Shown: positions 52,101 to 64,000 of the stretch, piece by piece | Layout of the letters: every line of letters begins with the position of its first letter | Numbering within the stretch: the first letter of the stretch is position 1 | Notes under the pieces: model-generated | Databases searched by the model: none | Seen by the model: the letters and a program-made list of their open reading frames with translations, nothing else | What the model was told of the DNA's origin: nothing | Translations under genes and position numbers: made by a program | Source: an uncultured Verrucomicrobiae bacterium | GTDB lineage: Bacteria > Verrucomicrobiota > Verrucomicrobiia > Chthoniobacterales > Chthoniobacteraceae | NCBI GenBank assembly: GCA_963769025.1 | Contig: CAVYKI010000010.1 | Location: forward strand, 384,001-448,000 | Direction of reading: 5' to 3' | DNA length: 64,000 nt

Positions 52101-52831
52101 CCCTCCGGCAGGGCTTCCTCGGCGCGGGCGAGAATCTTCGCCACTTTCTCAGCGAGAGCGGCGTCGTCCGGTCCCCTGGATCCGCCGGCCGACCCCGCGC
52201 CGGATGAACGGTAAATCCGCGAGGGAATCGGTTCGGTGGACGTGCCTTCGAGCACGCTATGGACCGTGCCGCGCAGCTCCATCAGCGCAATCGAGCCGAG
52301 CAGGTTTTTCGAGTCGAACGGCTTCCGTAGCACGAAGCCATCGATATCCTTGATGAAACGGCTCGTATTCTCATCCTCGCGATCCGCGCTCATGAACACG
52401 AACCGTTCGCAAAGGTCCGGATCGACGCGCCTCACCGACTGGTAGAAAAGCTCGGGCGCCGGCCCCGGCATCACCAAATCGAAGAGGATCAGCGCAAAAT
52501 CGCCGTCCATCACGTGCCTCAGGCCCTCCTGAGCGCTCTCCGCCGCCACGACCTCGTGCCCGTGTTCGACCAGACAGTCCTCGATCGTCCCGCGGAAACA
52601 GGGGTCGGCTTCGAGCAGCAACACGCGTCCCTTTTCACGAATGACGCCGTTTGCCGAGGCCGGGGAGGGCTCTTCCCGGGCATCCGTCGCTACGGCGATG
52701 GTCCCGAGCCCCTCGCCGACGGGGAGCAGATCGCGACCCGACCTCGCTGCCTCAGCGGACTGGGTATTGAGCGTTTGATTCACTTGTTGGAAGATTTGGC
52801 GACGGGGCGGGAATTTTGTCCCGGTCCGCAT
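52067..52831 (-). CDS. Receiver-domain protein (possibly fused to the PilN-like domain)
   Basis: 'VLLLEAD', 'LFDLVMPG', 'VFMS', 'LRKPFD'. Confidence 0.8.
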   Translation of the reverse strand: MRTGTKFPPRRQIFQQVNQTLNTQSAEAARSGRDLLPVGEGLGTIAVATDAREEPSPASANGVIREKGRVLLLEADPCFRGTIEDCLVEHGHEVVAAESAQEGLRHVMDGDFALILFDLVMPGPAPELFYQSVRRVDPDLCERFVFMSADREDENTSRFIKDIDGFVLRKPFDSKNLLGSIALMELRGTVHSVLEGTSTEPIPSRIYRSSGAGSAGGSRGPDDAALAEKVAKILARAEEALPEGGQRTRGRTAK

Positions 52832-53054
52832 CAGAAGGCCTACATGCGCAGAAAACGTGCCGGATCGGCACCGGATTCATGGGGCCGTGCCAAGCGCCGC
52901 ACATTCACCGAACGCAGACCCGGGACGACGGCGATCGCCCGGACCGCGCCTTCGATTCGCGATTGCGCCCCTGCCCCGCAAACACATGCAACGCCCAACT
53001 CGGATTCCGATTTCGTGCTGGCCACGAAACATTTGATACGCACATCATAACCCG

Positions 53055-53447
53055 ATGGGCCCCCACCCCCCGAAAGTCCTGATCGTCGATGACGAAGCGC
53101 ACATCGCTGCCTCCGTGTCACTCGCGCTCGGGACGGCGTACCAGGTGGATGCCGTTTCCGACGCCCACGAGGCTTTCGAACTGCTCAAGGACAACGCCCA
53201 AGGTTACGAGATCATCATTACCGACCACATGATGCCCGGCTGGGCGGGCTGGGAACTGGTGAAGCGGCTTCACGAGACGGAATTCCACGGCAAGTGCATC
53301 GTGCTTTCGGGATATTTGTCCCCGGCGATCGAGGAGATCTACCGGAACCTGGGGGTGGAGCACATCATTCAGAAGCCATTCGACCTTTCAAAACTTCGGA
53401 ACGCGGTGGGAGCGAGCGCGCGGGCGATCCGGGGCCAGGGCTACTGA
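53055..53447 (+). CDS. Single-domain response regulator, copy 1
   Basis: 'LIVDDE', 'TDHMMPG', 'LSG', 'KPFD'. Confidence 0.92.
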   Translation: MGPHPPKVLIVDDEAHIAASVSLALGTAYQVDAVSDAHEAFELLKDNAQGYEIIITDHMMPGWAGWELVKRLHETEFHGKCIVLSGYLSPAIEEIYRNLGVEHIIQKPFDLSKLRNAVGASARAIRGQGY

Positions 53448-53757
53448 AGCGCCACCGCACCGACGTGCGTTGCCGCGAGGGGCCGGATGGGATGCAACCT
53501 GCCGGCCAGAGCAAACCAGTTCCGCCTTTCCCCGAAGCCGAAAACATGACGCCGGCGAGCGAAAATGACGACAGGCGAATCATGACAATAATAAAATTTG
53601 CGTTATCTGCGCCACCTCCATAACGTCTGGAACCTCGGATTCACCAACCCGCCGGCATTCAAATGCCGGACCGGACACAGTGAATCATCCCCCAAGACTC
53701 CCGTTCGTATTCTGCCAGATGCCCACTGCCGAACTCCACACTCCACGCACGACGGAC

Positions 53758-54015
53758 GTGAGCCACAAGCTGCGCAAGCGCAGCGCAGTGCGCAGGCGGG
53801 TGACGGGGAGCATCGGCTACATCGCGCTCGGCGTCCTGCTCTGGTACGGATGGCATCGCTTCGAGGCATTCGATGGCCCCATGGCCTCGATCAGCGCGAT
53901 ACCGCATGACCACCCCATGCACCGTGTGGTCGAAGCGGCAATCTTTCTCGCCGTCGCCATCGTGCCGGTTGTGATTTATTTTATCCTGCGCCCGCGCTCG
54001 CGTGGCAGGAACTGA
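53758..54015 (+). CDS. Small two-TM hypothetical protein
   Basis: GTG start, two hydrophobic segments, basic ends. Confidence 0.45.
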   Translation: MSHKLRKRSAVRRRVTGSIGYIALGVLLWYGWHRFEAFDGPMASISAIPHDHPMHRVVEAAIFLAVAIVPVVIYFILRPRSRGRN

Positions 54016-54082
54016 TCAGCCTCTTTATGACCCTCAGCACCCCACCACAGACCTTTCCCCTCATCCACAGGAGGCACGTTCC

Positions 54083-54436
54083 ATGAATCTCACCGCTGAC
54101 GACCTGCTTTTTGCGGGTGCCGTTGCCGCGTTCGTCGCGGCGCTTTGCTTTGCCAAGCGCTTTTCCGGTCCGCCCATGGCGCTGCGCCGATGGGCAGAAG
54201 AGCAGGGCTACGTGATTGTCCGCACAAAGCACCGCGAATACGCGACGGGGCCTTTTGAGAAGATCGGCTTCCGCGAACAGCAGGCTATTTTCCAAGGGAC
54301 CTTCCGCACCCCCGACGGAGTGACGCGTCGCGCATGGGTGCGGTGCAACTACGCGCCCGGCGGTGAGCGGGTGGACGTGGTCTGGGACGCTCCCGAGGGA
54401 TTGCCCGCCGCGGACGCGCATCAGGCCCGGGTGTAA
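54083..54436 (+). CDS. Hypothetical membrane-anchored protein
   Basis: GGAGG RBS before MNLTADD; N-terminal TM. Confidence 0.55.
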   Translation: MNLTADDLLFAGAVAAFVAALCFAKRFSGPPMALRRWAEEQGYVIVRTKHREYATGPFEKIGFREQQAIFQGTFRTPDGVTRRAWVRCNYAPGGERVDVVWDAPEGLPAADAHQARV

Positions 54437-54553
54437 CCGACACGCATGGAACGCGTGCGCCTCGCGGAAAGTGGCAATGCGGGGCGCTGTCCCGCGCGGC
54501 GCACCATTTTCTGGCTGGGCAATCGGGGCTGAGGTGCGAACATCGCCCGCGGC

Positions 54554-54946
54554 ATGGAACCCCCTCCGACGAAGATTCTGGTCGTTGATGACGATCTTCA
54601 TATCGCCACCGCCATCATGCTGGCGCTCGGCAGCGGGTCCAAAGTCGAGACCCTTCCCGATGCTCACGCCGCCTTCGAAGTCCTCAAGGATAACGCGCAA
54701 GGATTCGACATCGTCATCACCGACCACATGATGCCGGGGTGGGCCGGGTGGGAATTGATCAAGCGGCTTCAGGAGACCGCTTTTGCGGGCAAGTGCATCG
54801 TGCTGTCCGGCAACCTGTCGCCGGCCATCGAGGCCATCTACCGCAGCTTCGGCGTCGAACACGTCATTCATAAGCCGTTCGATCTCGCGCAGCTCCGGGA
54901 TGCGGTGGAAGCGAGCGTGCGAGAGATCGAATCACAGCGGAGGTGA
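54554..54946 (+). CDS. Single-domain response regulator, copy 2
   Basis: Gap-free paralogue of 53055-53447. Confidence 0.92.
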   Translation: MEPPPTKILVVDDDLHIATAIMLALGSGSKVETLPDAHAAFEVLKDNAQGFDIVITDHMMPGWAGWELIKRLQETAFAGKCIVLSGNLSPAIEAIYRSFGVEHVIHKPFDLAQLRDAVEASVREIESQRR

Positions 54947-54988
54947 AGCCAGCGCGAAGGCGCCACCGGCCCTCGGGCCTCGCGCGGG

Positions 54989-55026
54989 AAAAAGCAAACC
55001 GCCGCGCCCCTCTCGGGACGCGGCGG
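54989..55026 (-). terminator. Putative groEL terminator
   Basis: CCGCCGCG...CGCGGCGG stem followed on the minus strand by TTTGCTTTTT. Confidence 0.6.
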
Positions 55027-55088
55027 CTGTGATTTTCTAGGTAGGGCGTGCTCGCCGAGCGCGCCCACTTTGAGCTGCGAGCGGAGTC

Positions 55089-57058
<1,970 letters not shown>

Positions 57059-57256
57059 GATGTTTGTGTGGTTTGTTTGTTGTTGCTTGTGGGTTTTTAA
57101 CGAACCGAAGCCGGCATTGCGGCTTAGGTTCGGTAAAGTGTGATTCGCAAAGGCCGGCACCGCGAAAGCGAGACAGCCGATGGCGAGGGAAAGGTGGCGT
57201 TTCATGGGGACGAGGACGCCGCGGGGAGAGCACGTGGCCCGCACTGCGGCGGTCGG

Positions 57257-59202
<1,946 letters not shown>

Positions 59203-59265
59203 TCAGGATTCCTTGGATTGAGGTTGGAAAAGTGGGTTGGGTGAAAAAGTGTCGGACACACTCTA

Positions 59266-59281
59266 TGCAAGGGACAGGCCA
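59266..59281 (-). promoter_or_regulatory. Putative sigma-54 (-24/-12) promoter for dnaK-groES-groEL
   Basis: Minus strand TGGC-CTGTCCC-TTGCA with canonical GG-N10-GC spacing, about 67 bp before the ATG. Confidence 0.65.
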
Positions 59282-59350
59282 CGAGAACGTATATCGACAA
59301 TCACTTGAACATGCAGTTTATTACGACATATTCATGATTCTGCAAAACAG

Positions 59351-59378
59351 GTGCGCCAAACACCTCATTATGGCGCAC
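59351..59378. promoter_or_regulatory. Palindrome, candidate enhancer-binding-protein site
   Basis: GTGCGCCA-N12-TGGCGCAC beyond an AT-rich spacer. Confidence 0.45.
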
Positions 59379-59438
59379 TTGGCACACTCTGAAACGCGCC
59401 ACCGTGGCTCACACTCTCCGGAAACCGGCCACGCTCGA

Positions 59439-61811
59439 CTACAATGCCTTCACGACAACCCAAGTCGTCACCTTCCGCCCGGATTCCGCATCGCGCGCGA
59501 CGAGTTCATGCCGCCCCTCGACAGCGACCGCAAATGTCCGCCCCGCCCGTTCGCGCAAGCGCCAGCGTCGCGCTCTCCCATTTCACCGGTCCCGAGCCAT
59601 TCGCCACCAGCGGCACCAGACCCGAGGACGGCACATCCGGGTCGATGAGAAATGTCGAGCCCGGCTGCGGGGAGACGAGGTGCAGCTGCCCCGAGCCCTC
59701 GACCACGACGCGATCGCGGAGTTGGTTGTCCACGCTCGACGCCCATTCCGCGTACTCAGGGCCGAGCTTCACGCGGCCCGCCGCGTCGTAGTCGTCCGCG
59801 CTCTCGGCCTGCGGGATGTTGCCGGCGATGAATTTCTCCATCACCGCCCCGGCCCGCGGTCTGGCAAGCAAGTGTCCCGTGAGCGGATGCACCGGATGCT
59901 CCACGATCGTCGCCGGACGCGCGAACCACGTCGTCCCGAAGCGCTGGTGCAGATACGCCATCACATCGTGCATGATCGGCGCCGCGCCCGTGACGCCCGA
60001 CACCTCGCGCATCGGCGAGCCGTTGAAATTCCCCACCCACACGGCCACCGTGAACTCCGGCGTGTAGCCCACCGTCCAGTTGTCGCGAAAATCCGTGCTC
60101 GTCCCCGTCTTGCACGCCACGGGAAAATCGAACCGCAGCGCCGAGTTCGCGCCGAATGCCGGCACGCGCGCCGCATTGTCCGAGAGCATGTCCGCGATGA
60201 GCCAGCAAAGCTGCGACATCGCCACCCCGGGCTGGTTGTCGCGAATGCCGCCTTTGGACTGCGGCAGTCCCCTGCCGCTTTGGCCCTGCGCGGTCGAAAG
60301 CGCCAGAGGGCTGGCGCTCTCCAACAGCCGGTACGGCCGCCACTCGCCCATCCGTGCCAGCGTCGCGTAAAGGTTCGCCAGTTCGATCAGCCGCACCTCC
60401 GCATTTCCGATCGTCAGCCCCAGCCCGTATTCATCCGGCTCCATCGGCAACGTCGTCACACCCCACGCCTGCAGCCGCCGCTGCAACGGCGCCGCGCCGC
60501 CGAGCGACTGGAGCACCTGCACCGCCGGGATGTTCAGCGAACACGCCAGCGCCTCGCGATACCGCGCCGGCCCCTGGCAATGCCGGTGGTAATTTTCCGG
60601 CCGATACGGCCCCGTCGCCGTGGGAAATTCCGTCGGCACATCCGGCACGATCGTCGCCGCCGTGTCGCCGCGTTCGAGCGCGAGCAGATACGTGATCGGC
60701 TTGATCGTCGATCCCGCCGAGCGCGGCTGCGTCGCGCCATTCACCATCCCGCTGCCCGGCGCGAAATAATTCTCCGAGCCGACAAACCCGAGCACCTCGC
60801 CCGTCCGGTTGTCCAGCACCACCGCCGCCGCATCGCGCACATTCTCCGCGCGCAGACTCGCCAGCCGCTCCGTCACGCTGCGCTCGATGAAGCGGTTCAA
60901 ATCCAGATCGAGCGTGGTGCGGATTTCTCCCTGCAGCCGTAACGCGGGCAATCCTGCCCGCGAAACCTGCCCGCGGACAGGATTGTCCGCGCTACTCCCG
61001 TCGCCGCCTTTCTCCGCCTCGCGCTGCAGCACCAGGTCCACAAAATGCGGCGCATTGAAAACACGCCGCGCCCTTTCATACCGCAGCGGCTCCGCGACCG
61101 CGCGTTCGTAATCCTCCTGCGCGAGCCAGCCCGATTCGCGCATCCGCCGCAGCACCGTCTCCTGCCGCCGCTTCGCAGCAGCCGGATTCGCGTGCGGATT
61201 CAGCCGCGTCGGGATTCCACGGCAGCCCCGCGAGCAGCGCCGCCTCCGCGTTGCTCAGATCCGACAGCGGCTTGCCAAAGTAGTAGTTCGCCGCCGCCGC
61301 GATGCCGAAGTTCAGGTTCCCGAAATCCAACCGGTTCAAATACGCCGCGAGGATTTCCTCCTTCGTCCAGAGCTGCTCCAGCCGCAGCGCCGTCGCCATC
61401 TCGATCACCTTCGTCGTCCAGGTCCGCGGCCTCGGCACCGAGAGCTTGATGAGCTGCTGCGAAATCGTGGACGCCCCCGAAGTCTTCCGCCCCGCGCGCA
61501 CGCTCGTCAGCCCGCGCGCGCCCAGCCGCGAGCCAGTCCACGCCCGAGTGGGAAAAGAACCGCTTGTCCTCCGCCGCGAGCATCGCGTGGATCACATTCG
61601 CCGGCACCTCGCGATACGCCACCTCGCGCCGGAACCGCTCCCCCACCCGCGTCTCGCGCAGCGGCTGCCCGTGGCGATCCGTGAACTCCAGGCTCACCGG
61701 CGGCGTCCGCAGCAGCGCCTCGGGGACGGGGACAAACTTGAGCCCCATCCACGCGGCGACCGCGAGCCAGCACAAACACGATGCGCGCCGCGCCTCACCC
61801 ACTTCACCCAT
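59439..61811 (-). CDS. pbpC: Penicillin-binding protein 1C, frameshifted, with two in-frame REP insertions
   Basis: 'AEDKRF..H.GVD', 'SGASTISQQL', 'GSTIKP', 'SLNIPAV', 'KTGTS'; follows alpha-2-macroglobulin. Confidence 0.9.
60253..60324. repeat. REP doublet inside pbpC
   Basis: TTTGGACTGCGGCAGTCCCCTGCCGCTTTGG plus an inverted partner AAAGCGCCAGAGGGCTGGCGCTCTCCAA. Confidence 0.8.
60939..60995. repeat. Second, GTAG-type REP doublet inside pbpC
   Basis: GTAACGCGGGCAATCCTGCCCGCG ... CGCGGACAGGATTGTCCGCGCTAC. Confidence 0.8.
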
Positions 61812-61868
61812 CGCCGCGTCTTGATCGGACGAGTCATAAAAAGGCCGCCGCGCGTGGACGCCACATCT

Positions 61869-64000
61869 TCACAGCGCCTTCCCTTTCACGACGATCGAAT
61901 CGCTCAGCCCGAAACGCTCCGGGTGATACATCTCCTCGATCTTCGCCGGCGGCGCGGTCGCGCTGCCGCTGGCGCGCACGCGGGCGAGGTAGCGGATCTG
62001 GTGTTTTCCCGGCCACATCGTGTTCTTGAAGAACAGCGCCCGGTCATCGCGCAGCTCGTTGAAGTCCGACGCCCACGCGTTCGACAGCCCCTGCCCCGCC
62101 ATCGCCTGCGTCTTGAATTCCGGATTCACCGCCTCGAACACCGCCGGCAGCGGGTCATCAATCGCCACGTAGCTCGCCCGCGCCGGCGCGACAAAATCGA
62201 GCGTCACGAGCACGCGGTCGCCGACCTTCGGGTCGCCGAGATCGGACAGCGAGCCGTCGTCGTTGATGCGCTGATACCGCCGCGTGATCGTGTAGCCGCG
62301 ATCCTTGCGCTCCGTCACGAGCGTCTTCGGCCGCGCCTCGATTTTCACGTTCGTGAAAATGCGGCCCTTGCCCGGATTCCGCAGCTTCAGCGACGCCGCG
62401 GCGTCGAAAGGAAACTCCTTCTCGAAAAACGCACCCTTCGCCGGGAGCCGGAAGTCCGCGCCGTCGCGCGATCGTGCCTTTCACCTCCTTGCGATCCGTC
62501 TCCGTGCGCCGGACGTATTCGGCCACGCCGAGCATCGCCCACGCGTTGCCCTGCGTCGTCATCCAGCGCGCCGCCGGTGCGCGCATCGAAGACCGCCGTC
62601 GCGATCGCATCCGCCGCGCCCGATTTCGGCGCGAGCTTCGACCACGCGAGCAGCCGCACGCCTTGCGCGCGGGCGACGGAGCCGAACCAAAAATCCTCCT
62701 CCACGGCCTTGTCCTGCATCTTCAGCAGCGTGTCTGCCATCTTCGCGGGCCCTTGCCCTCGAGGATCGCGAGCGCGAGCAGCGCGCGGTTTTCCTGCGTG
62801 AGCACGTCGCGCTTCTTGAAAAGCGTCTCATGATACGCCGCCTCCGGCCGCCCCGCGAGCGCGAGCGTGTAGCACGCGAGCGAACGCGGCGAGAGCTCCC
62901 ATTTGTCGTTCGCATCCGCCGCGCCGCGCAGCGCCTTGCTCAGGTAGTCGAGCACGCGCTTGAGATTGTCCTCATCGACTTCGAAGCCCGCCTTCTTCGC
63001 CATCACGAGCCCGAGTCCGCCGTAGGCCGTCGACCAGAATTCCGAGCGATGACCGCCCGGCCAGTAGGCGAGCCCGCCGTCCGACGTCTGCATGGCAATA
63101 GATGCGCGACACGCCCTTTTCGATCGCCGCCTGGAATTCCTCGTCCGTCCGATTCAGCTCCGGCAGCATCGTGCGAAAATCGCGCAGCGCCAGCCACGGC
63201 AGCATCGACGACGTCGTCTGCTCGAGGCAGCCGTACGGGTAGTGCAGCAGCTCGCCGACGCTCTCGCGCAGCTCGAAGATGCGCGAATTCGAAATGCTCA
63301 CGCGCACCATCCCGCGCCCCTGCAGCAGCGCCGGGTCCACGCCCGCGAGCAGATTCGTCTCCGCCGCATCCACGCGCTGCTGGCGAATCTCGCGCAGGCA
63401 GCGGCGTGGGGAAAGTGACCTTCAGCCTCGTCTCCACCGCATCGCGGAACTTCGCACCCCGCCGCGCTGAAGTCCGCGCTCCAAATCCACTTCGCCTCGC
63501 CCACGTCCACGATCTCCACGGGGAAATCCACCGCAATCGAGCTCTTCGCCGGGATGCGTCACCGTGCGTTCAGTCTCCGCCGCGCTCGCGGTCGCATCGA
63601 GCTGGATGCCCACCTTCACCTCGCCGGCCTGCGCCGTCGTGTTGTGCACGACCGCGCGGAGCACGAGCTTGTCGCCGACATTTGCAAAGCGCGGCGTCGC
63701 GGGCTCCAGCATCACCGGCTTGTTGATTTCGAAAGCGCCCTCCGCGTTGCCGAACTGATCGCGCTTCGTCTGCACCACGGCCATCAGCCGGTAGCGCGTG
63801 AGGCCGTCGGGCACCTTGAAGCTCGCGCGCACCTTGCCCTCGACGTCGCTGCGCAGCGACGCGGCCCAATACGCCGTGCCGAGGAAATTCCGCCGCACGC
63901 CGGCCTCGCCGCCCTTGCCGAATCCGCCGATGAGGTAGCCCTTGTTCTCGAACAGCCCCTCGGCAATCGCATCGGGCCCTTCCTTCAGCAGCTTCTCGAT
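61869..64000 (-). CDS. Bacterial alpha-2-macroglobulin, C-terminal part, frameshifted
   Basis: 'RRNF..TAYW', 'PDGLTRYR', thioester 'YPYGCLEQTTS', 'TTQGNAW', 'DDPLPA..E', 'EEMY.PE'. Confidence 0.93.

Noticed and set aside
59340..59410. CIRCE/HrcA operator upstream of dnaK
   Set aside because: No TTAGCACTC-N9-GAGTGCTAA match; only a partial TTGGCAC.

Overview
High-GC bacterial window, most likely Verrucomicrobiota (Chthoniobacter-like), judged from the PEP-CTERM gene, the prepilin cassette style and the REP types; this assignment is inference. Many essential genes (sdhA, glmS, dnaK, trpE) carry single-base indels, which points to an unpolished long-read assembly rather than real decay. Core content: tRNA-Gln, rpmH-rnpA-yidD-yidC-jag, sdhCAB, pilB, hisI-trpE-trpG behind a His-Trp-Trp leader attenuator, cls, mobA, BamD-like/lptE/rsmI, rplU-rpmA, glmS-bioD, several two-component genes, feoA-feoA-feoB, dnaK-groES-groEL, and alpha-2-macroglobulin-pbpC. 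The best candidate for a new system is a minus-strand cluster at 40.3-47.1 kb. It encodes a double-glycine-leader precursor with a Lys/Ser/Cys-rich, acid-free core, TolC, a C39-peptidase ABC exporter, HlyD, and an SRPK-like kinase as the only modifying enzyme. The kinase's glycine-rich ATP loop is missing from the N-terminus and appears inside the C-lobe instead, so the cluster may make a secreted phosphopeptide RiPP. Other observations: two in-frame REP doublets inside pbpC, a probable receiver-domain/PilN-like fusion across a G7 tract, a 22-bp tandem array with polar decay, and a sigma-54-type promoter upstream of dnaK.
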